Source: an uncultured Alphaproteobacteria bacterium (GTDB lineage Bacteria; Pseudomonadota; Alphaproteobacteria; Methylaequorales; Methylaequoraceae). Taken from it: DNA of 64,000 nucleotides. Both the position numbers and the translations under genes were made by a program. Under the pieces are notes generated by a model. The model was not told the DNA's origin and searched no databases. It saw nothing but the letters and a program-made list of their open reading frames with translations. Where the stretch lies: contig CABZMK010000003.1 in assembly GCA_902526865.1 (NCBI GenBank), positions 14,640 to 78,639 on the forward strand, written 5' to 3'. Position 1 is the first letter of the stretch; each line of letters begins with the position of its first letter. This document shows positions 29,014 through 39,674 of this stretch, piece after piece.

Positions 29014-29781
29014 ATTAATCCAGATTGGAATATGATCTGAGGGTTTTATCATTCCCCTGTATTTTGAACCAAAATTAATATTTTTTACCAATTTTAAGTA
29101 CTTTGGAGAAATCAGAAAATGATCAATCAACAAACCATCATTTCTCTCCCAACAAGCTCTTTGATAGTCCCAATAAGAAAATGATGACCCTGGTTTTTTG
29201 AAAATTCTTACAATATTTGTCAGACCTGATGAAAGAATTTCCCTAAAGATTGTTCGAGACTCAATACATCCAAGAGCGTCATTTGTCCAGTCATCAAAAT
29301 TTAATACATCATTTTTGTTTTCTAACACATTAAAATCTCCAGCAATGAGAAGATTGTCTACATTATTAATATAACGTGTCGAAATTTTTTTAATTTCCGA
29401 TAACCATGAAATTTTAAAATTGAATTTTCTTTTATCTTCGATCGGGTTTCCGTTTGGTGTGTAAACATTTAAGATGTTTAAGTTGTATTCATTTACGTAT
29501 ATAAAATTTGTTCTTGATTCGCTCAATAAAATTTCGTTCTCTAGTTCTATAGACTTGAAGTTTAATCCTTTTTTTAATAATGCCGCAACTCCGAACTTTC
29601 CTTTTTGTCCATTAACAATTAATTCATAACCAAATGAAGTGCAGAAATCTGGAAACTCTTCATTTGTGCACTTGATTTCTTGTAGCAAAATTATGTCTGG
29701 GTTTATTTCTTCAATAAATTTTTTAAGAATATCTACTCTTATTCTGACGGAATTTATATTCCAGGAGGCAATTATAGCCAT
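29002..29781 (-). CDS. xthA: Exodeoxyribonuclease III
   Basis: 259 aa. [18 protein letters not shown] and SDHIPIW motifs of the EEP/ExoIII family. Confidence 0.9.
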   Translation of the reverse strand: MAIIASWNINSVRIRVDILKKFIEEINPDIILLQEIKCTNEEFPDFCTSFGYELIVNGQKGKFGVAALLKKGLNFKSIELENEILLSESRTNFIYVNEYNLNILNVYTPNGNPIEDKRKFNFKISWLSEIKKISTRYINNVDNLLIAGDFNVLENKNDVLNFDDWTNDALGCIESRTIFREILSSGLTNIVRIFKKPGSSFSYWDYQRACWERNDGLLIDHFLISPKYLKLVKNINFGSKYRGMIKPSDHIPIWINLDI

Positions 29782-30099
29782 TTATATTGAAAAAGAGGTC
29801 CCACAACCACAAGTTGAATTGGCATTAGGATTTGTAATTTTAAAATATGAACCTATTAGGTCATTAACAAAATCTAACTTAGATCCTTTAAGAAAATTTA
29901 ATGATGTTGGGTCTATTAAAATCTTAACATCGCTGAACTTAAAAATTTTATCTTCATTATTAATCTTTTTATCAAAATTAAATTTATAGGAAAAGCCTTG
30001 GCAACCCCCGCCGTCAACAGAAATTCTAAAATATTCATGTTTTTCTTTAAGAGCAATTTCCTTAATTCTTTTTACAGCATTTGCAGTTACATCAAACAT
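29782..30099 (-). CDS. erpA: Iron-sulfur cluster insertion protein (HesB/IscA/ErpA family)
   Basis: 105 aa. GGGCQGF and C-terminal CGCGTSF motifs. Confidence 0.85.
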   Translation of the reverse strand: MFDVTANAVKRIKEIALKEKHEYFRISVDGGGCQGFSYKFNFDKKINNEDKIFKFSDVKILIDPTSLNFLKGSKLDFVNDLIGSYFKITNPNANSTCGCGTSFSI

Positions 30100-30143
30100 T
30101 ATGGTTTTTTTTTTTTTACGATTATAATATAGATATATAGATT

Positions 30144-31283
30144 ATGGCGCAATATTCAATTTTTTCAACAAATTATGAATCATCCAAAGGAAGGGTTTTT
30201 TGCGAAAAAGATGATCCTAATAGAACTTGTTTTATGAGAGATAGGGATAGGATTATTCATTCTTCAGCATTTAGAAGGTTGAAATATAAAACACAAGTGT
30301 TTGTTCATCACGAAGAGGATTACTTCAGAACAAGATTATCTCATAGTTTAGAAGTTTCACAATTATCAAGATCTATCTCAAAAGTTTTTAATATAAATGA
30401 CGATCTCACTGAATCAATATCACTAAGTCATGATCTAGGGCATACACCTTTTGGTCATGCTGGCGAGGAAGTTTTAAATAAAAAAATGAAAGGAAAAGGA
30501 GGCTTTAATCATAATTATCAAGCTTTAAAAATTTTAACAGTTTTAGAAAAAAAATATCTAGATTTTGATGGATTAAATCTAACATTTGAAACTCTAGACG
30601 GTATATTAAAACATAATGGTCCTATTACTTCGTTATTACCTAGTTACATTCAAAGTTTTATCAATTTTTTCGGTGGGAAAAAGAAATCTCAAGGATCTTT
30701 TGAAGCTCAAATCGCTGCTATATGTGATGATATTGCATATAATAATAACGATATTGATGATGGCTTGTATGCAGGATTATTCGAAATAGAAGAATTAAAT
30801 GAATTAGAAATAATAAAAGACGCTTTTAAAAAAATTAATTTAAAAAAAAGTAAAGAATATAGAAGAATTAAATACGAGTTGATAAGAAAACTAATAAATA
30901 TAATGGTTGATGATTTAATTAGAAATACTAAACAAAATATCCAAAATTTCAAAATTAAAAACCGCAATGAAATTTTAGAGCTTGATAAACCTTTGGTAAT
31001 TTTTGGAGATGAAATGAAAAATAAAGAAAAAAAATTAAAAGTTTTTTTAAAAAATAAAATGTATAATCACCCTAAAGTTAAAACAATGAACTTTAAAGCA
31101 AAAAAAATAGTGTCTGACCTATTTGATCTATACATTGATGAGCCATATCTGTTACCAATTAGTTGGAGAAACTTTAAAAATGAAAATGAGAAATACGTTA
31201 ATGTTTGTGACTACATATCAGGAATGACAGACAATTACGCTATCAATATTCACAAAAAATATTTTGATTTATATAGTCATTAA
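30144..31283 (+). CDS. dgt: dGTPase-like deoxyguanosinetriphosphate triphosphohydrolase family protein
   Basis: 379 aa. HD domain with RTRLSHSLEVSQL and HDLGHTPFGH. Confidence 0.85.
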   Translation: MAQYSIFSTNYESSKGRVFCEKDDPNRTCFMRDRDRIIHSSAFRRLKYKTQVFVHHEEDYFRTRLSHSLEVSQLSRSISKVFNINDDLTESISLSHDLGHTPFGHAGEEVLNKKMKGKGGFNHNYQALKILTVLEKKYLDFDGLNLTFETLDGILKHNGPITSLLPSYIQSFINFFGGKKKSQGSFEAQIAAICDDIAYNNNDIDDGLYAGLFEIEELNELEIIKDAFKKINLKKSKEYRRIKYELIRKLINIMVDDLIRNTKQNIQNFKIKNRNEILELDKPLVIFGDEMKNKEKKLKVFLKNKMYNHPKVKTMNFKAKKIVSDLFDLYIDEPYLLPISWRNFKNENEKYVNVCDYISGMTDNYAINIHKKYFDLYSH

Positions 31284-32995
31284 TGTTTTATCATGATTTA
31301 TTAAAAAAAGAATTATTTGATTATATTGATTCAGAATATTCAAAAAAAAATATTAGAGAGGTTCCAAACAAATCATCTTTTAATATCGAAATTCCTACGA
31401 ACAAAAAATTTGGCGATGTGTCTACAAATATTGCAATGGTATTTGCTAAGAAAATGGGAGTTACTGCAAGAGATTTGGCTTTAAAACTATCTAAGCACAT
31501 GAACAAAGAAAACTATATTGAAAAGCTAGAGGTTGTCGGACCAGGTTTTTTAAATATTTTTTTCAAAAAGTCGTTTTGGCAAGATCAATTAAAAGTCTAT
31601 TTTAAAAATGTTAATTCTTTTAATTATAACACTGTAAAGAAAAATATCTGCTTAGAATTTGTTTCTGCTAACCCAACAGGACTTATGCATATTGGACATG
31701 CTAGAGGCGCCGTTTTGGGTGATACCATCGCATCCGTTTTAGAAGAAGTTGGTCACAAAGTTACTAAAGAATACTATATAAATGATGCTGGAGAACAAAT
31801 TAAGAAACTAAAAAAAACAGTGAAATTTCATTTAAAAAATAAAAATAATAATAAAATCATAACTGATGATGAACTTTACCCTGGAGAGTACTTAAAGGAA
31901 ATTTCAAAAAAGATTTATGATCAAGAACGATCTGAACTTATGTTTGAAAATAATATAATTAAATTAATTATGAATGATATAAAGGAGGATTTGTTAAAAA
32001 TTAAAATTGCGCATGATTCTTTTATTTCAGAGAAAGAATGTTCTTCAAAAAAAAATATTGATCAGATACTTAAAAAACTCAACCAACAAAAATTAACTTA
32101 TTATGGTTATCAGGAAAAACCAAAGTCGTTAAACAACGAAAGTTGGGAAAGGAAAAAGCTTTTATTGTTTAAATCACAAGAACACGGAGATGAAACAGAT
32201 AGAGCTCTGATTAAATCAAATGGTGAACTAACATATTTTATGACGGATATAATTTATCACCAAAAGAAAGTTGATAAGAAATTTGATATCTTATTAAATA
32301 TTTGGGGTTCGGATCATTCAGGTTATGTAAAAAGATTACAAAGTGCTCTAGAACTATTGAATAAGAAAGCAAATTATATCTTTGAGATCAAATTAACCTC
32401 ATTAGTTAATTTATTAAATGGTAAACAAGCTGTAAAAATGTCTAAAAGGGAGGGTAACTATGTTACTTTAAGAGAGGTTGTAGAAAAAGTGGGTTCAGAC
32501 GTGTTGAGGTACATGATGATTTCAAGAAGTGTTGATAAAAAAATAGACTTTGATTTTGAAATTGTTAAATCTAAATCAAAAGACAATCCTGTGTTCTATA
32601 TTCAATATGCTTATGCAAGGTGTATGTCACTTGTTACAATTTATGAAAAAACATTTGATACTTCTTTGAAAAATATTGATCTTAAAAAAGTGAATTTGTC
32701 TAATCTTAATTTAAATGAAGAGATAATTATGATAATAAAAATTTGTAATTTTTTTAATGTAATAACAAAAGCAGCTAAGTTTTATGAGCCACACAGAATT
32801 GCTAACTACCTGTTCGATATTGCAAAAGATTTTCATGCATATTGGGGTTTAGGTAAAGTGGATTCGTCAAAAAAAGTTATTATAGATCATAATTCTAAAA
32901 TTTCTCTTTCTAGAATTGTACTTATACTGTCAGTTAGTAAGATTATTAAAAAGGGTATGAATATTTTAAAAATTGAATGTCCAGAGAATATGTAA
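31283..32995 (+). CDS. argS: Arginine--tRNA ligase
   Basis: 570 aa. SANPTGLMHIGHARG (HIGH) and a KMSKREGN-like motif. Confidence 0.95.
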   Translation: MFYHDLLKKELFDYIDSEYSKKNIREVPNKSSFNIEIPTNKKFGDVSTNIAMVFAKKMGVTARDLALKLSKHMNKENYIEKLEVVGPGFLNIFFKKSFWQDQLKVYFKNVNSFNYNTVKKNICLEFVSANPTGLMHIGHARGAVLGDTIASVLEEVGHKVTKEYYINDAGEQIKKLKKTVKFHLKNKNNNKIITDDELYPGEYLKEISKKIYDQERSELMFENNIIKLIMNDIKEDLLKIKIAHDSFISEKECSSKKNIDQILKKLNQQKLTYYGYQEKPKSLNNESWERKKLLLFKSQEHGDETDRALIKSNGELTYFMTDIIYHQKKVDKKFDILLNIWGSDHSGYVKRLQSALELLNKKANYIFEIKLTSLVNLLNGKQAVKMSKREGNYVTLREVVEKVGSDVLRYMMISRSVDKKIDFDFEIVKSKSKDNPVFYIQYAYARCMSLVTIYEKTFDTSLKNIDLKKVNLSNLNLNEEIIMIIKICNFFNVITKAAKFYEPHRIANYLFDIAKDFHAYWGLGKVDSSKKVIIDHNSKISLSRIVLILSVSKIIKKGMNILKIECPENM

Positions 32996-32996
32996 A

Positions 32997-33521
32997 ATGA
33001 ACAAAAATAGATTTAAGTTATTGAGCATAATATTATCATACGTTTTTTTTATTTTTGTAATTATAATTTCAATAAACGCAGTGGTACCAGAAACAAATCT
33101 TCAAGTATTAGAACCAAAAGAAATTTTGGTTAAAAAAGTTGATAATAATTTTTTAAGAGATAAAAACTCTGTTTACGAAATATTAGAAAAAGACAATCAG
33201 GAGCCTGAAAAAATTTTGGAGTCTGAGGAAAGAAAATCAGATAAAAAAATAATAAAAAATGAAATTAAAAAAGATAATTTCAGAATTCAATTTGCTTCAT
33301 TTAGAGAAAAACAAAAAAGTTTGGAAATCTCTACTCAATTGAAAGAAAAAATGTCAAAGATGTCAATAGGGATAAATCTGATTGTTAAAGAAGTTAAAAT
33401 TAAGGAAAATCAAACTTTTTATAGAGTAATATCTGAAAGTAAATATCCATTAGTAAAAGCAAATACTGAATGCGCAAAATTTAAAAAAAATAAGATTCAA
33501 TGTATAATTATTAAAAGTTAA
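32997..33521 (+). CDS. SPOR (peptidoglycan-binding) domain membrane protein
   Basis: N-terminal TM helix and a C-terminal FRIQFASFREKQKS...FYRVISE SPOR pattern. The start is placed at the Met just after the argS stop; the longest ORF starts at 32973. Confidence 0.6.
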   Translation: MNKNRFKLLSIILSYVFFIFVIIISINAVVPETNLQVLEPKEILVKKVDNNFLRDKNSVYEILEKDNQEPEKILESEERKSDKKIIKNEIKKDNFRIQFASFREKQKSLEISTQLKEKMSKMSIGINLIVKEVKIKENQTFYRVISESKYPLVKANTECAKFKKNKIQCIIIKS

Positions 33522-33522
33522 A

Positions 33523-34548
33523 ATGAAACAAATAGATGCCATAATTTTATCTTGTTTTAGTTATGAACTTACGTCTAATGAAAAAAACTTTTTCAAAAAC
33601 ATTAATCCTTTTGGGTTTGTTCTTTTTAAAAGAAATTTTAAAAACAAAGAACAAATTAAACAACTTATACAAAACCTTAAAAAAGCAACTTTAAACCAAG
33701 AATTAATAATTTTCATTGATCAAGAAGGTGGTAGGGTGCAAAGACTAGATAATCACGAGTTTATTAAATTTCCTCCTCAAATGACATTTGGAAATATCTA
33801 CAAAAAAGATAAGAAGAAAGCTCTAGATTTAGCCTATAAATCTGCATTTTTAATGGGCGAACAACTTAAAGAAATTTGCATAGATGTTAATTTTTCGCCA
33901 GTGTGTGACCTTTTTTTTGATAATGCACACAAAGTAATAGGTGATAGATCGTTTGGATCAGATCCTGAGTTAGTACAAAATTTATCAAATTCTTTTTGTA
34001 AAGCCTTTGAAGACTCTGGAATTATTCCAGTTCCAAAGCATTTTCCTGGTCATGGTAGATCAAAGTTCGATACACATTTGCGATCATCAATTATAAATGA
34101 AAGTTATAATGATTTAGTAAAAACAGACTTAGTACCATTTAAAATTCTTGACAAATCGTTAATGGTTATGCTTGCGCACATCAAATATCCATTAATTGAT
34201 TCAAAAGTTGCTACTTACTCAAACGAAATTATAAGGAATATTCTAAGGAAAAAGTTTAAATTTAAAGGTCTTGTTATTTCCGATGATATTTCAATGAAAG
34301 CAATTAAGGAAGACCTCCAGACTAAAGTAACCAATTGTTATGAAGGTGGATGTGATATAGTGATGTATTGTAAAGGAGATTTAAATGATATGAAATTAAT
34401 TTACCAATCTGTTCAGATTTTAGAAAACAAAGTAATGAATTTCTTTTATAATGAGAAAAAAAAAATAATATCAAAAAGAAAAAATAATAACAAATTTAAG
34501 TCTGACCTGATAGAATACAACTTGATAAGTAATGCACCTAAATCTTAA
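33523..34548 (+). CDS. nagZ: Beta-N-acetylhexosaminidase (GH3)
   Basis: 341 aa. IDQEGGRVQRL, KHFPGHG and ISDD motifs. Confidence 0.85.
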   Translation: MKQIDAIILSCFSYELTSNEKNFFKNINPFGFVLFKRNFKNKEQIKQLIQNLKKATLNQELIIFIDQEGGRVQRLDNHEFIKFPPQMTFGNIYKKDKKKALDLAYKSAFLMGEQLKEICIDVNFSPVCDLFFDNAHKVIGDRSFGSDPELVQNLSNSFCKAFEDSGIIPVPKHFPGHGRSKFDTHLRSSIINESYNDLVKTDLVPFKILDKSLMVMLAHIKYPLIDSKVATYSNEIIRNILRKKFKFKGLVISDDISMKAIKEDLQTKVTNCYEGGCDIVMYCKGDLNDMKLIYQSVQILENKVMNFFYNEKKKIISKRKNNNKFKSDLIEYNLISNAPKS

Positions 34549-35239
34549 CATAAGCGGATATGAAGGACCTTTGGACTTATTACTTGATTTATCTAAAAAA
34601 CAAAAAGTCGATATAAAAAAAATTTCAATACTAGAATTGGCTAATCAATATCTAAACTTTGTAGAAGAAAATCTTGAAAATTTAAAATTAACTGCTGACT
34701 ATTTAGTAATGGCATCCCTGTTGGCATATTTGAAATCTAAGTTACTTATTCCTGAAGAAAAAGAAGAGGTTCAGGAAATTCAAGAGGATCTGACACAAAG
34801 AATCATTCACTATAATGCTATAAAAAAATTGTCAAATAAATTATTTCAACTCCCAAGAGAGGGCCATGACTTCTTAAATATTTCAATTAAGAACGAATTC
34901 ATTATTAGTAACAAAATTGTACCAAAAATATCTCTACAAGACTTAATTTTAAAGTATTCTGAAATTTTTAAAAAAAAGAAATCAATTAAACTTCTTGCAG
35001 AGGAAAATGATTTTTACAGTCTTGAAGATGGTGAAGCGTGGCTTAAAAGTATTTTTAAATTAAAAGAAAAAAATTGGTTAAAACTTTTCAAGTTTATTCC
35101 AGAGGATACAAAAAGTTTAAAAATGAAAAAATCTGCAGTATTATGTCTTTTACTAGCTTCTCTTGACAATGTTAATCAAGGAAAAATATTAATAAACCAA
35201 AAAGATCATTTTGCAGAAATCATGGTAAAAATAAAATAA
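34532..35239 (+). CDS. scpA: Segregation and condensation protein A
   Basis: The N-terminal YEGPLDLLLDL signature, followed directly by scpB. Confidence 0.8.
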   Translation: MHLNLNISGYEGPLDLLLDLSKKQKVDIKKISILELANQYLNFVEENLENLKLTADYLVMASLLAYLKSKLLIPEEKEEVQEIQEDLTQRIIHYNAIKKLSNKLFQLPREGHDFLNISIKNEFIISNKIVPKISLQDLILKYSEIFKKKKSIKLLAEENDFYSLEDGEAWLKSIFKLKEKNWLKLFKFIPEDTKSLKMKKSAVLCLLLASLDNVNQGKILINQKDHFAEIMVKIK

Positions 35240-35760
35240 TGGATAACAAGATTGCAAAAAATTTCATTGAATCTCTTATCTTTTCTGCGGAGGAACCCTT
35301 AACAAAGGAAAGTATGAAAAAGATGCTGTCTTATTATGGAGATTTTAATTTAGATCTCATTCTTAGAGAGCTTAAAAACGATTATAAGAATAGGGGTATT
35401 GAATTGATTGAACTAGAAAAAAGATTTTATTTTAAAACAGCTGATACACTAAATGATTACATGAGAATTGAGACAAAGAAAACTAGAAATTTGTCTCCTG
35501 CAGCAATGGAAACCTTAGCTATAATTTCTTATCACCAACCTGTTACAAGAGCTGAAATAGAAAAAATTAGAGGAAAACCAGTTTTTAGAGGTACATTAGA
35601 TACTTTATTGGAGTTGAAATGGATAAAACCCTCTGGTAGGAGGGAAACGCCTGGTCGACCTGTCACATGGGTAACAGATTTTGAATTTTTAAGACATTTT
35701 GGGTTAGAATCTATTAAAGATTTACCAAAAGTTGATGAATTAGAATCAGTTATATTGTAG
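35239..35760 (+). CDS. scpB: Segregation and condensation protein B
   Basis: IESLIFSAEEPL, LSPAAMETLAIISYHQPVTRAEIE and GRPVTW motifs. Confidence 0.85.
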   Translation: MDNKIAKNFIESLIFSAEEPLTKESMKKMLSYYGDFNLDLILRELKNDYKNRGIELIELEKRFYFKTADTLNDYMRIETKKTRNLSPAAMETLAIISYHQPVTRAEIEKIRGKPVFRGTLDTLLELKWIKPSGRRETPGRPVTWVTDFEFLRHFGLESIKDLPKVDELESVIL

Positions 35761-35785
35761 TATATTTTTTAATAAGGGAGAGATT

Positions 35786-35938
35786 ATGTTCGGTTTAGGT
35801 CATTGGGAAATTATTCTAATTCTGGTTATAGTTTTGATATTTTTCGGGGCAGGTAAGTTGCCAAAGGTAGCAGGAGAAATAGCTAAAGGGATTAAGTCAT
35901 TTAGGCAAGGTTTAAAAGATGATAAGAAAGAAAAGTAA
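35786..35938 (+). CDS. tatA: Sec-independent translocase protein TatA (50 aa)
   Basis: My translation is MFGLGHWEIILILVIVLIFFGAGKLPKVAGEIAKGIKSFRQGLKDDKKEK, with a GGGAGAG-type RBS upstream. It has the TatA FG-x-x-KLP hinge and an amphipathic helix. It is too short for the ORF track. It is followed by tatB and tatC. Confidence 0.85.
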   Translation: MFGLGHWEIILILVIVLIFFGAGKLPKVAGEIAKGIKSFRQGLKDDKKEK

Positions 35939-35947
35939 ATTGATTCT

Positions 35948-36190
35948 ATGCTTAATATAGGTCTAATTGAATTTTTAATAATATTTTTTTTTTTAATTTT
36001 ACTCGTTAAGCCTGAAGACATCCCAGTTATATTTAAAAACCTTGGTTTATTTTACAGAAAAGTAAGTAGATATTTTTACAACATAAAATATGAAATTGAT
36101 GAAATTAATAACGAATTTTCAGAAGTTAACATAAAAAAAAAAAAAATAAATAATGAAGTATCTAGATCATCTAAAAGAACTAAGAAATAG
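35948..36190 (+). CDS. tatB: Sec-independent translocase protein TatB
   Basis: 80 aa. N-terminal TM MLNIGLIEFLIIFFFLILLVKPEDIP, then an amphipathic region. Lies between tatA and tatC. Confidence 0.75.
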   Translation: MLNIGLIEFLIIFFFLILLVKPEDIPVIFKNLGLFYRKVSRYFYNIKYEIDEINNEFSEVNIKKKKINNEVSRSSKRTKK

Positions 36191-36875
36191 ATTGCTTTTA
36201 AGCTTTTTATTTCTGATTCTAAGTTTTATTTTTTTTTTTTATAATGTTTCTCACTTGGGAGAACTTCTCTCGAAACCTTTATTCACATTACTTGTTGATT
36301 CTGATGACAAAAGGATGATTTTTACTGGATTACCAGAAGTTTTCGTATCTAATCTTAAAATATCATTATTTGCGTCTTTTATTATTTCAATGCCCTTTTT
36401 AATTGTCCAAATGGTACTGTTCTTATCACCGGCAATGTATAAGAAAGAAAAAAAGATTTTTATGCCAATATTTTTTTTTGTTCCAATCTTGTTTTTTTTT
36501 GGAATTGCTTTCGCGTATTTTATTTTAATTCCTTTTATTTGGACTTTTTTTATTTCGTTTGAAAACTTTTTTTCGTCAGGTCTTAATTTAGAACTTGAAT
36601 CTAGATATTCGGAATATATGAAATTAACAATGTTTTTGTTGTTTGCATCTGGAATGTCATTCGAATTTCCAATTCTTTTAATAATCTTAACAAAATTTGG
36701 AATAGTTGATATCAAATTCCTAAGAAAAAATAGAAAATATTTTTTTCTTGGAATTTTAGTTTTTTCAGCATTATTTACTCCTCCTGATATTATTTCACAG
36801 TTAGGCATTGCTATTCCACTTATAATCTTTTATGAAGTTTCAATAGCCTTTATTTTTTTTTTTATGAGAAAGTAA
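36153..36875 (+). CDS. tatC: Sec-independent translocase protein TatC
   Basis: 240 aa. N-terminal HLKELRNRLL, six TM helices and a TPPD motif. Confidence 0.9.
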   Translation: MKYLDHLKELRNRLLLSFLFLILSFIFFFYNVSHLGELLSKPLFTLLVDSDDKRMIFTGLPEVFVSNLKISLFASFIISMPFLIVQMVLFLSPAMYKKEKKIFMPIFFFVPILFFFGIAFAYFILIPFIWTFFISFENFFSSGLNLELESRYSEYMKLTMFLLFASGMSFEFPILLIILTKFGIVDIKFLRKNRKYFFLGILVFSALFTPPDIISQLGIAIPLIIFYEVSIAFIFFFMRK

Positions 36876-36879
36876 AATC

Positions 36880-38157
36880 TTGCACGATATAAAGTTTATA
36901 AAAAAAAACCCTTTATTTTTAGATGATTCTTTGAAAAAAAGAAATTTGGCACCTTGTAGTTCTAAAATAGTAAAAATTCATGACGAATATTTAGAACAAT
37001 TAAACCAAAAACAAAAATTATTAGAAGAAAAAAACTCATTATCTAAATCTTTTTTAAGTAAAAAGAAAAACGTTGAAGAAATAAAAGTATTGGTCCATGA
37101 ATTAAAAATAAAAATTGATAAGATAAGTGATGTTGCAGATTTAAAATTACGTGAGTTAGATCAATTAATGCTGTTTCTTCCGAATATTTTGTCTAAAAAT
37201 GTTCCTGATGGAGAGTCTGAACAAGATAACAGAATTATTAAAGAACATGGTGAAATTAAAAACTTTAATTTTAAACCTAAAAATCATTTGGAATTAGCAG
37301 AAAATCTTAACCTAATCGATTATAAAAAAGCAATTAAGATTTCAGGAAGTAGATTTTCGATATTAAAGAGTGATTTGGCGAAGCTTCATAGAGGGCTAAT
37401 TAATTTTTTACTTGATAACAATTCATTAGAATTTGGTTTCGAGGAGTACGTAGTTCCAGAACTTGTTAAAAGTGAAGCTCTCGAAGGAACGGGTCAACTT
37501 CCAAAATTTGAAGAAGATCTATTTAAAACAAATTTTAACGATCTATATCTTATTCCAACTTCAGAAGTTCCTTTAACAAATCTTAACAGAGATTCAATTA
37601 TTAATAAAAATGATTTGCCCTTAAAATATACAACATATACAAATTGCTTTAGAGCAGAGGCTGGAGCATCAGGTGTAGACACTAAAGGATTAATGAGGGA
37701 GCATCAGTTCGGTAAAGTAGAGTTGGTAACAATTTCAGAGCCGGAACAATCTTATGAAGAATTGAACAACATGATAAATTGTGTTGAAAATATATTGAAG
37801 AAATTGTCTATACCTTACAGAATTGTAGAACTTTGTTCTGGTGACATTGGTTTTTCATCCTCTTACACTCTCGATATAGAAATATGGATGCCTGGTCAAA
37901 ATAAATTTAGAGAAGTATCGAGTTGTTCAAATTGTACCGATTTTCAATCAAGAAGAATGAAAATGCGTATCAAAAATTTTGAAAGTGGAGAAATTTATTA
38001 TCCACATACTCTCAACGGTTCATCTTTAGCTATTGGAAGACTTTTAATATCTATTCTTGAGAATTATCAAAATGAAGATGGAACAATCAAAATTCCATCA
38101 ATCTTGAAAGAATATACAAATGGTTTAAGTATTATTTCTAATGATAAAAAAATCTGA
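36880..38157 (+). CDS. serS: Serine--tRNA ligase
   Basis: 425 aa, TTG start in the ORF track. N-terminal coiled coil, and class II motifs TSEVPLTN, CFRAEAGASG and LNGSSLAIGR. Confidence 0.95.
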   Translation: MHDIKFIKKNPLFLDDSLKKRNLAPCSSKIVKIHDEYLEQLNQKQKLLEEKNSLSKSFLSKKKNVEEIKVLVHELKIKIDKISDVADLKLRELDQLMLFLPNILSKNVPDGESEQDNRIIKEHGEIKNFNFKPKNHLELAENLNLIDYKKAIKISGSRFSILKSDLAKLHRGLINFLLDNNSLEFGFEEYVVPELVKSEALEGTGQLPKFEEDLFKTNFNDLYLIPTSEVPLTNLNRDSIINKNDLPLKYTTYTNCFRAEAGASGVDTKGLMREHQFGKVELVTISEPEQSYEELNNMINCVENILKKLSIPYRIVELCSGDIGFSSSYTLDIEIWMPGQNKFREVSSCSNCTDFQSRRMKMRIKNFESGEIYYPHTLNGSSLAIGRLLISILENYQNEDGTIKIPSILKEYTNGLSIISNDKKI

Positions 38158-38788
38158 AATTAAAAAAAAAATTAATTTAATTTTAGAACTTCAAAATCAT
38201 GGAATTGATAAAGCAGATGTTTTAAAAGTTATGGAGGAAGTTGATAGGCAAATTTTTGTAGAAGAAAGCCTAAGAAAAAAAGCTTACGATAACATTGCTC
38301 TCCCAATAGATTGTGGACAAACTATATCTCAGCCGCTTGTTGTTGCGTTAATGACCCAGTTTTTAGATATAAAAAAAAATATGAGAGTATTAGAGATTGG
38401 AACTGGAAGTGGCTACCAAACTTTTATTCTCTCTAAATTAGCAAGATTTGTATACACTGTAGAAAGACATAAATTCTTGTATATTAATGCATATAATCTT
38501 TTCAAAAAACTTATGGTTACAAATATTTTTTGCAAGCATGATGATGGTGGTCTCGGGTGGAAGGATCAAGCACCATTCGATAGAATAATAGTTACTGCAA
38601 GTGCTCCTGAGATTCCTGGAAAGTTAGTTGAGCAATTATCAATTAATGGTAAGATGATCATTCCCATTGGTGACCAACACAATGATCAAATTTTAAAAAG
38701 CATTTCAAAAAATAATGAAACGCTCTCAATCACTGACATTGGTTCGGTGAGATTTGTTCCACTATTAGAAGGAAAAGAGAATAAATGA
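38141..38788 (+). CDS. pcm: Protein-L-isoaspartate O-methyltransferase
   Basis: 215 aa. GQTISQP and LEIGTGSGYQT motifs. Confidence 0.85.
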   Translation: MIKKSEIKKKINLILELQNHGIDKADVLKVMEEVDRQIFVEESLRKKAYDNIALPIDCGQTISQPLVVALMTQFLDIKKNMRVLEIGTGSGYQTFILSKLARFVYTVERHKFLYINAYNLFKKLMVTNIFCKHDDGGLGWKDQAPFDRIIVTASAPEIPGKLVEQLSINGKMIIPIGDQHNDQILKSISKNNETLSITDIGSVRFVPLLEGKENK

Positions 38789-39660
38789 AAAATTTGTGCA
38801 TGTTTTTCCTTTTTTTTGTAATGGGTTGTGAAAGTTTCTTATATGATGATTATAAAATCATTGATTATAAAAAAAAAGTAAGTCGCAATTATACTAATAA
38901 GGATAATTTATATAAAGTAATAAAAGGTGATAACCTTTTTTCAATATCACGCAGGTTCAATATATCAATTCAAGAGCTCATTAAAGTAAATAAAATACAA
39001 GAACCATATAAAATATTTCCAAATCAAAGTATTTTCATTCCTCAAAATAAAATGCATATAATCGTCAAAGGGGAAACTCTTTATTCCATATCAAGGTATT
39101 ATGAAACAACGGTGTTTACTCTCGCAAAATACAATAATATTAAAAATGTTAATAATATTAAAGTTGGAGAAGAATTAATTATTCCTAAAAGAAGTGAAAA
39201 ATTAAAAAAAATTAAAAAAAAATGGGACAGTAACTTCAAAAAAAAAAAAATAGAGAATAGTAAAATTGTAATACCTAGGGACAAAAAAACCTCAAAATTT
39301 ATCTGGCCTGTAAAAGGTAAGCTACTTTCAAAATATGGGAAATCAAAAGAGGGATTTTATAACGATGGAATAAACATTTACTCAAAAAAAGGAACGAAAG
39401 TAATGTCATCACAAGCCGGAAAAGTCATTTACTGCGGAAATGAAATCCCAGGTTATGGAAATTTAATTTTGATAAAACATTCAAAAAATTGGATAACTGC
39501 ATATGCACATCTAAATGAAGTTTTTACAGAAAAAGGTAAAAAGGTCATTAAAGGTGAAATCATTGGTTCAGTTGGCAATACTGGTAACGTAAGGTCACCG
39601 CAACTTCATTTTGAAATTCGTAAAGGTAAGGAATCTGTTAATCCGTTAAAATTACTTTGA
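38785..39660 (+). CDS. nlpD: LysM-domain / M23 peptidase lipoprotein (NlpD-like)
   Basis: Lipobox-like FFVMGC, two LysM repeats (YKVIKGDNLFSISRRF, HIIVKGETLYSISRYY) and the M23 motif GNTGNVRSPQLHFEIR. Confidence 0.85.
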   Translation: MKNLCMFFLFFVMGCESFLYDDYKIIDYKKKVSRNYTNKDNLYKVIKGDNLFSISRRFNISIQELIKVNKIQEPYKIFPNQSIFIPQNKMHIIVKGETLYSISRYYETTVFTLAKYNNIKNVNNIKVGEELIIPKRSEKLKKIKKKWDSNFKKKKIENSKIVIPRDKKTSKFIWPVKGKLLSKYGKSKEGFYNDGINIYSKKGTKVMSSQAGKVIYCGNEIPGYGNLILIKHSKNWITAYAHLNEVFTEKGKKVIKGEIIGSVGNTGNVRSPQLHFEIRKGKESVNPLKLL

Positions 39661-39674
39661 GAATAACTAATCTA

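Noticed and set aside
35800-36021. 73-aa minus-strand ORF in the scpB-tatB gap
   Set aside because: The plus strand here encodes a textbook TatA with an RBS, in the tatA-tatB-tatC order. The antisense ORF is an artefact.
36251-36808. 185-aa ORF antisense to tatC
   Set aside because: It lies fully inside the well-supported tatC CDS. Its Lys/Ile/Asn-rich composition is what the complement of a Phe/Leu-rich membrane gene gives in AT-rich DNA. It has no motif.
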